Source: a virus
Reading direction: 5' to 3' (one strand)
Virus record (IMG/VR): IMGVR_UViG_3300018080_000009
Location: 40,015 to 104,014 of that record
DNA length: 64,000 nt
Made by a program: the position numbers and the translations under genes. Position 1 is the first letter of the stretch. Every line of letters starts with the position of its first letter. Below the pieces are notes generated by a model, which saw only the letters and a program-made list of their open reading frames with translations, ran no database searches and was not told the origin of the DNA. Of this stretch, positions 9,342 through 19,817 are shown one piece after another.

Positions 9342-10290
9342 GGTTCTCAGACGTTTAGGCGTGTCTAATATCCAAGTTCATTCGAAAAATATTCAGTGTT
9401 CATGTTTCTTGGCTAGGTGGAAGGCCGGACACGATTCCAATGCTTCTGGGAATAAGTCTTCAATGGGTATATCTATATCGGAAGGTGATGTGTCAGTAGT
9501 ACATTGTTTTAGTTGTGGCTTTAGTGGGACTTTGCTCCATGCAATTACTATGTATGGAGCTTATTCTGGTGAAGACATTAAGGAATTGGCCAAGTATGTA
9601 GTCTCTTTGGAAAAGGGAGACATTGATGCAGTACTTGATAAGATAGATCGATTAGAGGAGGAGAAGAAAATTCAGATAGAGGTATTAGATGAGTCATTTT
9701 TAGATGATTGGCCTCCGATGGCTCATAAGTACTTAGTGAATAGGGGTATTTCAGTAGAAACCCAAAAAGCATGGGGTTCTAGATGGGATACTAATCAGAA
9801 GAGAGTAGTCATTCCAGTAAGGCTGTATGATGGTGCTCTTATTGGGGCCGTAGGACGACAAGTAGTGAAAAGAGGGCCGAAATATTGGAATTATGGGAAC
9901 TTCAAAAAGGCTCAAGTATTGTTTGGAGAGCATTTGGCTAGGAAAGGGGATCCCTTAGTCATAGTAGAAGGGCCTCTGGATGCCGTTACAGTGTGGCAAA
10001 GCTTGAGAGGAACTGAGTATAGCGTTGTAGGTTTGATGGGGTCTGAGGCTTCACGAGTGCAGGTTCAGCGTATAATGGACCTGACTGATGAGGCTCTGCT
10101 GTTTTTTGATAATGATCCAGCAGGGATTACGGGTACGAGGAAGCTGTCTAAGGTCTTGGAGAAGAGAATAGATGTACGATATGTAAGATATGGTCGGGAT
10201 GAATATTCAGCAGATCCGGCCTCGCTGATTTTGTCAGGATGTAGTATTATAGACCGATTAAAACAGGCTTCTGTTGTGGTATGGAGGTGA
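9319..10290 (+). CDS. dnaG: DNA primase (Zn finger + TOPRIM)
   Basis: C..H..CFSC Zn finger, IVEGPLDA, FFDNDPAG, DPA. Confidence 0.92.
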   Translation: MEKENVIEVLRRLGVSNIQVHSKNIQCSCFLARWKAGHDSNASGNKSSMGISISEGDVSVVHCFSCGFSGTLLHAITMYGAYSGEDIKELAKYVVSLEKGDIDAVLDKIDRLEEEKKIQIEVLDESFLDDWPPMAHKYLVNRGISVETQKAWGSRWDTNQKRVVIPVRLYDGALIGAVGRQVVKRGPKYWNYGNFKKAQVLFGEHLARKGDPLVIVEGPLDAVTVWQSLRGTEYSVVGLMGSEASRVQVQRIMDLTDEALLFFDNDPAGITGTRKLSKVLEKRIDVRYVRYGRDEYSADPASLILSGCSIIDRLKQASVVVWR

Positions 10291-10294
10291 AATT

Positions 10295-11278
10295 ATGAAA
10301 GTACCAACTGTCTTGATGATCTTGACTGTGCTGTTGCTTTGTCTAGCAGCATATACAGCCTGGGGTGAAGGTAGGAGGAAGACTATGATTGATCTGGTCT
10401 TCGATGGAGCTCAGATTGAGTCAAGGGAAAAAGCCAAAGAGGAGGTAAAAGACGTAGACATCAGATCTATAGTGGATCTCGAAAATTTATGGTCAAAAGA
10501 TGATGGGGATACAGATCTTTGGATACGATTTGTTAGAGGGATTTTGAGATCCCGTCAGAAGGAGAGGATAAACGGAACAAAGTACATTGATTGGGAAGCG
10601 TGTGGAGAGGACATTCCAGATGAAGAGCTATACGATAGAGCTACCACATGGGCATTGTCCATAGTGACTTCTTTAAAGGAAGTTGAGGAGCAGTTTGGAG
10701 TAAAGATTAATCCTTGGGGAGCATTTGCAACTACGGCCAATGAAGGTGGATTTAATGAATGTAGTTTGAACTATGCAGCCAGAAAATGGGCTTCTCAGCA
10801 TGTAGGCCGAGAATTAATTGAGGAAACGTGGAAGGGAAAAACGGTAAAAAGAAAGGTCAATAAGAAAGTAGTAGAGAGATTTCGATTGACCTATGACCGA
10901 GATACAGTCTGGAAGATTATCAATCATGAGGATTATGCGGATGCTTATGTTTGGATAACGACTAAAGGCAATATCAGAAAAAAGGTCTATCTGAAGAATA
11001 AGTTTGATGGTGGTCCGTATCAAATGAGGTTTTCAGTTAAGACAGTTTCGAGAGAGCAATTTGATTACCTGCTGTCGATACATCCTGGAGTATATTTGGG
11101 TTTGAAGGAGATGGCCCGTAGAGCAGCAGAAGCTCAGAGATGGCATAGATTAGATGATCCTCATGCAAGACCGTGGGCTATGTGGCCAGGATATAAGTCA
11201 CCAGCAATAAGTCATAGGTATGACAGAAAAATCAGAAGTGTAGCAAGATGGCTTGGTGCCAGAAAAAATGAGATCTAG
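10295..11278 (+). CDS. N-terminally anchored protein, possible lytic transglycosylase (SLT-like)
   Basis: Signal/TM N-terminus; NEGGF and DGGPYQM resemble lysozyme-fold ES.F and D.G..Q motifs. Confidence 0.4.
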   Translation: MKVPTVLMILTVLLLCLAAYTAWGEGRRKTMIDLVFDGAQIESREKAKEEVKDVDIRSIVDLENLWSKDDGDTDLWIRFVRGILRSRQKERINGTKYIDWEACGEDIPDEELYDRATTWALSIVTSLKEVEEQFGVKINPWGAFATTANEGGFNECSLNYAARKWASQHVGRELIEETWKGKTVKRKVNKKVVERFRLTYDRDTVWKIINHEDYADAYVWITTKGNIRKKVYLKNKFDGGPYQMRFSVKTVSREQFDYLLSIHPGVYLGLKEMARRAAEAQRWHRLDDPHARPWAMWPGYKSPAISHRYDRKIRSVARWLGARKNEI

Positions 11279-11289
11279 AATAACCTTGC

Positions 11290-11318
11290 TTGACAAAACT
11301 CTTTAGATCTATTACCTT
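11290..11318 (+). promoter_or_regulatory. sigma70-type promoter
   Basis: TTGACA-AAACTCTTTAGATCTAT(17)-TACCTT. Confidence 0.7.
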
Positions 11319-11378
11319 TGATGTATCCCTAGTATACTATTGTAGGGACAAGAAGCGGAATACCCGCAGGAGGAAACA

Positions 11379-12092
11379 ATGCCTGATTGGTGTAACACAG
11401 GAAAAGATGGAGAAGCAGCTTTAGAAGAGGCACAGAAGAAGGCCGCAGCAGCTAGAGAAGGTCTCTTGAGGAGACTATATCTACCAGCAGATGCGTCATG
11501 CTACATAACCATGTTGGATGATCTAGTATCACCGTATGATTATGAAATGCCTTTTACATTTTGGGAGCATCAGCTTTACCGAAATGGTAGTTGGAAGAAT
11601 TGGTATACTTGTATTCAGGGAATGAAACATCCTGATACAGGTAAGTCGATGTCATGCCCATTGTGTGAGAGTGGTGACAAGCCTGCTTTTATGGCAGCTT
11701 ACACGGTGATTGATCATTCCAAGTGGTCGGATAAGCAGGGCAATGAACATGAGCATGAGGTGAAGTTGTTTGTTGCCAAGTCTGCTGTACAGAAAATACT
11801 CCTTCGTAGAAAAGAGAAGTTTGGGGCTTGGAAGGGTTGGTATGGGGAAGTTATGAGATTAAGTTCAGATTCTCCCAATACTGGAGATCAATTTGAGTGG
11901 GAAAAGCAATTGAAACCTGCTGATCTCAAGAAATTGACCGGGGGTAAGTTCAAAGACTTTCCAGAACCTCCAAATTACATCGATGTTTTTGCTCCGAAGA
12001 CTTTCGAAGAACTACAGAAGGTAGTCAGTGGTCAGCCAGAAGAAGATTTTGGTGATGGTGGAGAGGCTGACGACGATACGATTCGATACTAA
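11379..12092 (+). CDS. single-stranded DNA-binding protein (gp32-like)
   Basis: EH...C...CPLC Zn motif, acidic C-terminal tail, directly upstream of polymerase. Confidence 0.75.
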   Translation: MPDWCNTGKDGEAALEEAQKKAAAAREGLLRRLYLPADASCYITMLDDLVSPYDYEMPFTFWEHQLYRNGSWKNWYTCIQGMKHPDTGKSMSCPLCESGDKPAFMAAYTVIDHSKWSDKQGNEHEHEVKLFVAKSAVQKILLRRKEKFGAWKGWYGEVMRLSSDSPNTGDQFEWEKQLKPADLKKLTGGKFKDFPEPPNYIDVFAPKTFEELQKVVSGQPEEDFGDGGEADDDTIRY

Positions 12093-12105
12093 GTAAGGAG
12101 AAATA

Positions 12106-13953
12106 GTGTCCGATTTTGTACTCAAGAAGGAAGAGTTGCGTCCTTTGATTGAGAGAGTAGTCAATTCACAAGAATTGGGACTTGATTATGAAACGACTTC
12201 TGTTCATCCGAGTGAAGAAGCTCCGAAGCATCATGACAAATTGATGGCCACGGGGTTTGGTGTAGCTTTTTCTGATGGGTACAGAAAATATGTTCCGATG
12301 ATGCATGTTGATAGTGAGTGTTTCACTAGGGAGGAAGTAGATTCACTGTTGAGAGCAATTCTGATGGATAAAGATAAGCAAGTTTGGGCACATAATGCCA
12401 AATTTGAGCAGATGGTATCGAGATCCCTTGGATATGATTCAGAAGCAGCGTGGAGATGTTCCATGCTTCTGCAATTTGGTGTTGGGTGGAAGCTTCCTGG
12501 CAATGATGGATTGAAATTGAAGTCTGCTGTAAAGCATTATCTGAATCATGACATGAAATTGTTGAAGGATGTGATTCCTCTAGGTCTCAGGGCTCATGAT
12601 ATTCCAGCTAGAAATATTGCTGACTATTGTAGCGATGATGCTTTTCAGTGTTTGAGATTAGGCCATAAGGCTATGGAACGTGCAGAAGAATTGAATGTAG
12701 TAAAGCCATTTATTGATCTAGAGTGTGCGTTTACTCCAGTTCTTGTTCATATGTTGGAAGTCGGAATAGGTTTGGATCAGTCTATGTTGGATGAGATGCA
12801 TATTAGACTGAAGACTAGAGTAGATGAGATTTCAGAACTGTTTCTTCAGTTGACTGGTGCTGAAGTTGGTTCGAACAAACAGGTTTCTAAGAGATTGTAT
12901 GAGGAGTTGAAATGGTGGCCGAGTCATGGGTTCAAAAAGGGTAAAGGTGGTTGTTACAGTGTAGATGTAGGTCATAGGGAGAAAGTTAGAAAATGGTTAA
13001 GGCCAGGAGATGGTCTAGCAGCTATGGATCTCAAGGATGAGCATGCAGAGCTTTCTAAATTGGTTTCGACTTTTACTGGCAAATTGAATGGACATGCTCT
13101 GAAATATGATGATGGAAGAATAAGAACAGATATTCGTCAAGTTGGTGGTGACACAGGAAGAATGTCATCATCGAATCCGAATCTTCAGCAGATACCCAGT
13201 CATGGTTTAGGATTTGAAGTTCGTAGAGCATTTGTTTCAGAAGAAGGGTGGACGATAATAGATGCTGATTATTCTCAGATGGAATTGGTGTTGATGGGGC
13301 ATCTCTCTAGGGATGAGAATTTACTCAAGGCATATCGTGAAGGGTTAGATCTTCACCAGATGACAGCAGATGCTTGTGGAGTAGCCAGACCAGCAGGAAA
13401 AGTCATAAATCTTGGTTTGATTTATGAGATGGGTCCACGGACTTTAGCCCAGAATTTGAAAGTATCTTCTTTTGAGGGGAAGAGAATATGGACTGCGTGG
13501 CATGCAAAATATCCAAGGGTAAGGCAGTACTGTAATAGGATGCACGCATATGCCAGGAAGCATGGCTTTGTTAGGACTATTACAGGAAGGATACGGATGA
13601 TTCCGCAAATTGATTCTAATGTTCCAGCAATACGAGCATATGGTGAGAGACAAGCTAGCAATAGTCCAGACCAAGGTTCAGGAGTAGACATTTTGAAATT
13701 GGCTATGAGAAATCTATATCGTGAATGGAAAGAACGAGGAGTTCTATTCGATTATTGGACTGGTGAAGGTAAGGTGAAGATACCGTTGTCAGTACATGAT
13801 GAGATTCTTCTAGAAGCAAGAGATGATTTCAAAGAAGAAGCCAAAGCAGATCTCAAACGTCATATGGAGAATGTTGTTGAGTTAAGGGCTCCTTTAACAG
13901 CTGAAGTAGGAGAGGGTCCGAATTGGGCATTTGCGAAGGAGATAGCAGCCTAG
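12106..13953 (+). CDS. polA: family A DNA polymerase with 3'-5' exonuclease
   Basis: DYETT, HNAKFE, YCSDDA; TGRMSSSNPNLQQIP, DYSQME, KVINLGLIY, VHDE. Confidence 0.96.
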   Translation: MSDFVLKKEELRPLIERVVNSQELGLDYETTSVHPSEEAPKHHDKLMATGFGVAFSDGYRKYVPMMHVDSECFTREEVDSLLRAILMDKDKQVWAHNAKFEQMVSRSLGYDSEAAWRCSMLLQFGVGWKLPGNDGLKLKSAVKHYLNHDMKLLKDVIPLGLRAHDIPARNIADYCSDDAFQCLRLGHKAMERAEELNVVKPFIDLECAFTPVLVHMLEVGIGLDQSMLDEMHIRLKTRVDEISELFLQLTGAEVGSNKQVSKRLYEELKWWPSHGFKKGKGGCYSVDVGHREKVRKWLRPGDGLAAMDLKDEHAELSKLVSTFTGKLNGHALKYDDGRIRTDIRQVGGDTGRMSSSNPNLQQIPSHGLGFEVRRAFVSEEGWTIIDADYSQMELVLMGHLSRDENLLKAYREGLDLHQMTADACGVARPAGKVINLGLIYEMGPRTLAQNLKVSSFEGKRIWTAWHAKYPRVRQYCNRMHAYARKHGFVRTITGRIRMIPQIDSNVPAIRAYGERQASNSPDQGSGVDILKLAMRNLYREWKERGVLFDYWTGEGKVKIPLSVHDEILLEARDDFKEEAKADLKRHMENVVELRAPLTAEVGEGPNWAFAKEIAA

Positions 13954-13959
13954 GAGGTT

Positions 13960-14166
13960 TTGATGGCCAAATGTAAGACATGTAAAGCACCAATAATTTG
14001 GGCAGTAACTGATAAAGGTAAGTCTATTCCTTTGGATATGAAGGGTGAGAAGAGATATGTATTGGTTCCAGCACAAGGTGATAGAGATCCAGTAGTTGAA
14101 TTGAGAACTACGTATGCAAGCCATTTTGTTACGTGTCCTGATGCCAAAGAACACAGGAAGAAATAA
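13960..14166 (+). CDS. small Zn-binding phage protein
   Basis: CKTC...SHFVTCP. Confidence 0.75.
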   Translation: MMAKCKTCKAPIIWAVTDKGKSIPLDMKGEKRYVLVPAQGDRDPVVELRTTYASHFVTCPDAKEHRKK

Positions 14167-14345
14167 TGAAGACTTGGTACAAAACAGGTAAGGAAGCTGA
14201 GGAGGAGTTATGGTCTCTTATAGCCAAAAGATTGAAGCGACAGCAGGAGTATTGGAATATGCTGGAAGATTCTGCCTATAGTTGTCCACCGCAAGGCTAC
14301 GATGATTTAGATATTGATGATGATTATTGGTATGGGAGTTTATAG
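14166..14345 (+). CDS. 59-aa hypothetical protein (not in ORF track)
   Basis: MKTWYKTGKEAEEEL...WYGSL fills the gap with overlapping stop/start. Confidence 0.55.
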   Translation: MKTWYKTGKEAEEELWSLIAKRLKRQQEYWNMLEDSAYSCPPQGYDDLDIDDDYWYGSL

Positions 14346-15677
14346 ATGGTTTGGACTCTAGATAGTACGTTGAATGTACCAGAATCTTTTATGACTCCCG
14401 ATCTGTTGGAGAAGTTTCAAATAGGTAGGGGAAAAGACAAGGTACTTTTGTACGATCACGATGAAGAAAGGGAAGAATATAGACTTGCAAGAGCAAGGGG
14501 ACTGAGTGTTTTAGGGCATTTTGGATATGAAAATAGGAGTACTTTGGGAAGGGATATTCAGTCGAGCTCTAGCTTCAGTCCAAGAACTGGCCAAGAAGAT
14601 TCTGTTAATGGGATATTGAGGAGTGTCCATGAATATGGAGGAGGAATCTTAGTTGCTCCTTGTGGTCAGGGTAAGACAGTAATTCTTGCCGAGACGATAC
14701 TTCGTATAGGCAAAGCAGCTTGTATCCTAGTCCATAAGAATTTCTTAGCACAGCAATGGGAAGAAGCTTTCAAGATGCTTGATTCAGGGGTGCGTGTAGG
14801 AAGATTACAAGGGGATAGATGTGATACTGGTGAGACGCATGATGTAGTAGTAGCTATGGTACAGAGTTTGACATCTTCCGCACGAGAATATCCTGACGAG
14901 CATTTCAAGTCATTTGGTGTACTGGGATTAGATGAGGTGCACAGATATGGAGCAGATGTATGGAAAACAGCTATAGTTAAGTATCCCTCTAAATTGAGAA
15001 TAGGTCTGACAGCTACTCCACGTAGGTCAGATGGGATGTGGGATATGATGGAAGCCCATATTGGTCCAATACTTCACACGATGCAGGGGGAGAAGATGTC
15101 TCTCAAGATCTATATGGTGTCTACAGACGCTTGGGTAGATCCGAAGAAGTACAATCATAAATGGCTTGATGATCATGGTAAGAGAGCTAAGTTGATAACT
15201 GCTCTGTCTGAGTTACGTGGAAGGAATAAAGTTCTTATAAGAAATATTCGTAGAGCTTGGGATGCTGCTAGAAAGATCTTGGTGATTTCTGAAAGAAGAA
15301 AACACTTAGATACTTTATGCAAAGGACTATTGGATACAGGAGTACCCGAATCAGATATAGGGTTTTATGTAGGTGGTATGAAACAAAAAGCTTTAGATGA
15401 TGCTGCAATGAAAGATGTCATATTCAGTACTTACCAGATGGTGAAGGAAGGTCTTGACATTCCAGCTTTAGATACTCTGATGATGGCTACGCCTCAGTAC
15501 TCGATACAGCAATCTATTGGAAGACTTCTTAGAAAATACGAAGGCAAGTCTGATCTAGTTGTTTTAGATTTAGTAGACAAAGAAATTGGTATGTTTCTAG
15601 GCATGTCGAAGGGAAGAAGGAAACAATACAGAAGTTTGGGATATGATGTGGCCATAAATGACAACATAAAGAAATAG
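14346..15677 (+). CDS. superfamily 2 DExH helicase
   Basis: PCGQGKT, DEVH, LTATP, EGLDIP, QSIGRLLR. Confidence 0.92.
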   Translation: MVWTLDSTLNVPESFMTPDLLEKFQIGRGKDKVLLYDHDEEREEYRLARARGLSVLGHFGYENRSTLGRDIQSSSSFSPRTGQEDSVNGILRSVHEYGGGILVAPCGQGKTVILAETILRIGKAACILVHKNFLAQQWEEAFKMLDSGVRVGRLQGDRCDTGETHDVVVAMVQSLTSSAREYPDEHFKSFGVLGLDEVHRYGADVWKTAIVKYPSKLRIGLTATPRRSDGMWDMMEAHIGPILHTMQGEKMSLKIYMVSTDAWVDPKKYNHKWLDDHGKRAKLITALSELRGRNKVLIRNIRRAWDAARKILVISERRKHLDTLCKGLLDTGVPESDIGFYVGGMKQKALDDAAMKDVIFSTYQMVKEGLDIPALDTLMMATPQYSIQQSIGRLLRKYEGKSDLVVLDLVDKEIGMFLGMSKGRRKQYRSLGYDVAINDNIKK

Positions 15678-15686
15678 GAGAAAGAC

Positions 15687-16316
15687 ATGTCAGAAAAATC
15701 AATGGTGTTGATGAGTGCCGAGAATCTAGTTGATTCGGATTTGATACTAAGGACTCCACCGGAAGAAATGTTGGAGTCTGATGTGATTGCGGTATGGAGT
15801 TTTTTAGACCTGGTTGAGAAGGAGATGGTCAAGAAGAGGAAGGTAAAGCTTCGTGATCATCTGATGAAATTGGCAGAAGAGAAGGGTACTGTAAACAAGA
15901 ATGGATCTTTTGTCTGGAAATCAAAGGATTCAGATGCCAAGGTTACGAAGCAGCGTAGAGAAGCCAAGCCTTCTTTAGATGCAGACAAATTTGTAGAGAG
16001 ATTCGAAGATATACCAGGGGTTTGTGGGAAGGCTTTGCGTCGCCAAGTATTCCTTACGGAGAGGGATTACCGCCTTTTGATAGATTTGTTTAATACTTTG
16101 ATTTCTGAAGATCCCGAGGATGTCTTTGTTTCAAGTCTGTTGGAGAAAGTCAAAGATGCTTCGATTACTGTAGATGAAGATGTAGTCGAGGGAATGGTGA
16201 AACTCGGTATGATTGATCTAGAAGATCTTAGGGAGATAAGTACTCCAGGGAAAGTGTCATGGGCTTTGACTGTTAAGAAGCCTTCAGAAATCGAGGAATT
16301 AAAGAAGAGGATGTAG
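15687..16316 (+). CDS. hypothetical protein
   Basis: AGGAG RBS. Confidence 0.7.
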   Translation: MSEKSMVLMSAENLVDSDLILRTPPEEMLESDVIAVWSFLDLVEKEMVKKRKVKLRDHLMKLAEEKGTVNKNGSFVWKSKDSDAKVTKQRREAKPSLDADKFVERFEDIPGVCGKALRRQVFLTERDYRLLIDLFNTLISEDPEDVFVSSLLEKVKDASITVDEDVVEGMVKLGMIDLEDLREISTPGKVSWALTVKKPSEIEELKKRM

Positions 16317-16904
16317 ATGGCAAGGCCAAAGTTACCAGAAGATGAGAAAGCCGTAAGAGATCCGATCAAGCAGTCAGAATATAATCGGCAATACTACGAG
16401 AGAAACAAAGAGAGGATCCAGGCTAGGAAGAAGAAGCGGTACCATAATGATGCTGGTGTTAAGGAAGCCTATATCACTCGTGCAGTCGAGAGAAAACGAC
16501 GACTGTCTAAGGAAAAGGCTGCTCTAAAGAGAATGGGTAAGCTTCCTTTGAAACGGGAGTGGGCAGAATACAACGTCCAGCACAATGGGAGATGGTTTGT
16601 AGTTGAGATGACTACGGCTGGAATACTTGCCAGAATGTTTAGTAGATCTATTCAGACTCTACGTATTTGGGAGAGTCGATGCATACTTCCGAAATGCGTA
16701 TGGAGGTCTCCAGCAAGTGATCGATTGTATACTCGTCTTCAGGTAGAAGGTTTGATGAAGATCTACAAGGATCAGATCAGGAAATACGGCAAGCATATAG
16801 TAAATACCCGTATTGGAAGTACGGAATTCTCGTCCAGAGCCCATGAATTATGGGTCCAATATCCATTGGGGTTTGATCTATCGAAGGTCAGGAAAGAGGT
16901 TTAG
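16317..16904 (+). CDS. DNA-binding protein with MerR-like HTH
   Basis: ILARMFSRSIQTLRIWE...RLYT; basic N-terminus. Confidence 0.7.
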   Translation: MARPKLPEDEKAVRDPIKQSEYNRQYYERNKERIQARKKKRYHNDAGVKEAYITRAVERKRRLSKEKAALKRMGKLPLKREWAEYNVQHNGRWFVVEMTTAGILARMFSRSIQTLRIWESRCILPKCVWRSPASDRLYTRLQVEGLMKIYKDQIRKYGKHIVNTRIGSTEFSSRAHELWVQYPLGFDLSKVRKEV

Positions 16905-16908
16905 GGAC

Positions 16909-17220
16909 ATGGTAGAGAAAAAGAAAAAGGCTAAGATTTCAGGTCAAGGCAAGCTTTGGGTATCGAGGAGGTATCCCGATAAGTCTGAGGATAGTGAAGA
17001 ATACAAGCTTGGAGTTCGTGAGTTTGAAGTAGAGCCTGCTTATGTGAAAGCAGGATATGCTTTGACTTTGAATCTTGGGAACTACGAGAGTGCCAAATGT
17101 GAAGCTGGGGTTACGCTTCCCTGTTATGTTGAGGAGATCAAGGAAGCGTTTGATGAAGCATGGAGAATTGCTGAAGAGGAGATTCAGGAGCAAGTAGCCA
17201 AGGTACGTAAAGGAAAGTAG
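16909..17220 (+). CDS. conserved phage protein
   Basis: TLNLGNYESAK motif. Confidence 0.7.
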   Translation: MVEKKKKAKISGQGKLWVSRRYPDKSEDSEEYKLGVREFEVEPAYVKAGYALTLNLGNYESAKCEAGVTLPCYVEEIKEAFDEAWRIAEEEIQEQVAKVRKGK

Positions 17221-17221
17221 T

Positions 17222-17413
17222 TTGCCAAAAAGAAGCAAGAGAAAGAAGGTTTGGTATCCAGAAAATCTGTTTCATGAGGTTATGGAATATGATGAGCCTG
17301 AGTTCGAACGAGCTGTGTACAGGTACAATGAGAAATTTAATTCAAATTTTTTACCTGAAGAAGTAGCCAGGGCTCTTAAGAGATGGAAGAAAGTGCAGGG
17401 TAAGAATGAGTAA
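17222..17413 (+). CDS. hypothetical protein
   Basis: TTG-start ORF filling the gap. Confidence 0.45.
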   Translation: MPKRSKRKKVWYPENLFHEVMEYDEPEFERAVYRYNEKFNSNFLPEEVARALKRWKKVQGKNE

Positions 17414-18551
17414 AATCGACAAGATCCTTGCTGATGTTAATAAGATGTTTGGTAAGGGTACGATGCTCCGTGCAGCCGAGGCAGATAGTTTAGTTGTAGA
17501 CAGAATTCCTACGGGTATTTTTGATTTGGATATGAAGATTGGTGGTGGGATACCTCGTGGACGTATTACCATGTTTAAGGGTGAATACAGTACAGGTAAG
17601 TCTTCAGTAGCTCAGAAGGTAGTAGTCAATGCTCAGAATACATGCAGATTTTGTGGCGAAATGTTTGAATGGGTAGACTTGTTGGGTGAGGTACACGAGA
17701 AGAAATGTTCCTGTGGAAAGAGGGAGCCCATGAGGGTAGGTTGGTTTGATGTAGAGCATTGTTATGATCCAGTTTGGGCTTCCAAGTGGGGGGTTAGAGT
17801 AGAGGATCTGATTCTATCTCAGCCAGAATCTGCTGAGATGGCTGTTGATATATTTGAGAGGTGTTTAGATTCTCAGGAATTCGATTTGTTGGTTTTGGAT
17901 TCAGTAGCAGCATTGACCCCGATTTTAGAAATTGAATCCTCCGCTATGGATGCGAATGTTGGAGTCATGGCTAGATTGATGAATAGAGCTTTACGTAGTT
18001 GGACTTCCCGCATGAATGCTCAAGGACTTTTGTCCAAAATTAAGACAACGATAATTCTTATCAATCAGATGCGTGTAGGTATTGGTCCGTATTCTGGAGT
18101 AACTTCACCAGGGGGAAAGGGTTTAGATTTTTTTGAGTCTTTAGAAATTCGGTTCAAGAAGAAAAAGGTGTTGCTGTCTAAAGATAAGCCCATAGGTAAT
18201 TTGGTTGAGTTTACTATTAAGAAGAACAAGACAGCCCCGCCATCGTCTGGTGGAATGTTCAATATGTATCTTGTTCCGGTTCCAGGCAAATACAGTATTG
18301 GGGATACAGACTTAGATACTCAGGTTTTGAGAGCCGCCATTGCTTGGGGAGCAATCCGTAGGGGAGGAGCGTGGTATTATTTTCCAGATGATACGAAAGC
18401 ACAGGGTGAAGAGAAGGCTTCAGAGATATTGAGGAATAATCCCAAGATGTTTGAAGAGCTAAAGAAGATGGTTATTGCTAGAGAGCTTGCTTGGCAAGAT
18501 ACAGGGGAGGGTCTAGATACAGAAGAATCTGATGAAGAGGAAAGTGAATAA
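17406..18551 (+). CDS. recA: RecA/UvsX recombinase with Cys-rich insertion
   Basis: GGGIPRGRI, GEYSTGKS, DVEH, LDSVAAL, INQMR, GGKGLDF, GGAWY. Confidence 0.95.
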   Translation: MSKIDKILADVNKMFGKGTMLRAAEADSLVVDRIPTGIFDLDMKIGGGIPRGRITMFKGEYSTGKSSVAQKVVVNAQNTCRFCGEMFEWVDLLGEVHEKKCSCGKREPMRVGWFDVEHCYDPVWASKWGVRVEDLILSQPESAEMAVDIFERCLDSQEFDLLVLDSVAALTPILEIESSAMDANVGVMARLMNRALRSWTSRMNAQGLLSKIKTTIILINQMRVGIGPYSGVTSPGGKGLDFFESLEIRFKKKKVLLSKDKPIGNLVEFTIKKNKTAPPSSGGMFNMYLVPVPGKYSIGDTDLDTQVLRAAIAWGAIRRGGAWYYFPDDTKAQGEEKASEILRNNPKMFEELKKMVIARELAWQDTGEGLDTEESDEEESE

Positions 18552-18931
18552 TGTCTAACTGGAAGCCGAAGATGTGGGATAAGGAGGAAGATTCCGTATC
18601 GATGAAGTCCAGAAAGAACGAAAAGAGATTGTCTAAAGAGGTAGGATTTCAGCTTACCAAAGGGTCTGGAAATCAGCCCTGGGTGTCAGATAAGGGGGAT
18701 GGTAAATCAGATGATTTTGTATTTGAACTTAAGGAAACGAAGCATAAGAAGATCTCAGTCAATTCGAGAGTGATTGAGAAAATTTGTAAAGAAGCTGCTG
18801 CAGTAGGCAAGTCTCCTGTTTTGATACTCTCAGCTTATGGGTTGCCCGAGTATTTACCCAATGAATGGGCAGTGATGCCTGTTGAAGTATTTACAGAATT
18901 GTTTGAAGTATGGAAGAAGTGTAGATCATGA
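18551..18931 (+). CDS. PD-(D/E)XK nuclease, Holliday-junction resolvase-like
   Basis: E..L, GSG, KGD, FELKET. Confidence 0.75.
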   Translation: MSNWKPKMWDKEEDSVSMKSRKNEKRLSKEVGFQLTKGSGNQPWVSDKGDGKSDDFVFELKETKHKKISVNSRVIEKICKEAAAVGKSPVLILSAYGLPEYLPNEWAVMPVEVFTELFEVWKKCRS

Positions 18932-19087
18932 TAGTGGATTTCATTTTAGATCTTCCGTATTGGACAGCTAGACTATTCATCCCGGAGTGTATTTGGGAAG
19001 ATTGGTTGTGCGACTGTGAATTGAAAAAGGCTTCTTGGATTGTGAGATATTTCATTAAGCATAGATGGCCGTTGAGTTGTAGATGGG

Positions 19088-19468
19088 ATGAGTACGATGC
19101 ATGATTCTGAGACAGCTGTCCTGATGGAGTCTTTTGATAAGCATATAGCTGAAAAGAAATTAGGTATTAAGAAAAGTGTTGGTAATGCCTTCATGAATAT
19201 AGAAGCTTTGTGTTTTGATATAGTCAGTGAAATAAATGATCAGATTGAATCTGAATTGATTAAGAAATTTCCTACGGATTTAGAACAGGCCGAGGCTAAG
19301 TTTGGTGGCATGTATATTGAAGTGCTCAGACCAGAATTTAAGGTAGAAGTTACAAAGATGATGGTATTTCAGGGTTTTAAGTATAGATACCAGGATGAAG
19401 GCCATCCGAATATGTTTGTAGAAGACAACATTAGATTCAGGGAAGTCTATGGATACGAAAACTATTAG
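19088..19468 (+). CDS. hypothetical protein
   Basis: ORF in operon context. Confidence 0.55.
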   Translation: MSTMHDSETAVLMESFDKHIAEKKLGIKKSVGNAFMNIEALCFDIVSEINDQIESELIKKFPTDLEQAEAKFGGMYIEVLRPEFKVEVTKMMVFQGFKYRYQDEGHPNMFVEDNIRFREVYGYENY

Positions 19469-19787
19469 AAAATGGTCTACTGATAGGAAGTTGCTTCGTA
19501 TAAAGGAGATCTCTGGAGCTTTTGATTCCTATGAAGAACGGAAGAAGAATGAAGTTCTTGATGAGCTTGTAATACTTCTGCTTGAGATATTGGCTGCAGT
19601 AATAAAGGAGAAGAAGTGTAAATATACTCCTCTAGAATTATTTGAGGGAGTATTCAAGGATTTAGTTGGGGGTCCTATATATAAGAGGTTTTTGGAAACC
19701 AAGGAACTGGTAGGCAGATATAAGTCCAGTAATTCCTCAGATAGATCTCGTCTCCGGCCCAAGTTGGTAGCCAGAGGCATGATTTAG
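19449..19787 (+). CDS. hypothetical protein
   Basis: ORF in operon context. Confidence 0.55.
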   Translation: MDTKTIRKWSTDRKLLRIKEISGAFDSYEERKKNEVLDELVILLLEILAAVIKEKKCKYTPLELFEGVFKDLVGGPIYKRFLETKELVGRYKSSNSSDRSRLRPKLVARGMI

Positions 19788-19817
19788 CTCTATTCTGAAA
19801 TTATAAGGAGGTGTTCT

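Noticed and set aside
17630-17730. Intein in RecA
   Set aside because: About 30 aa with no C-terminal HN splice motif
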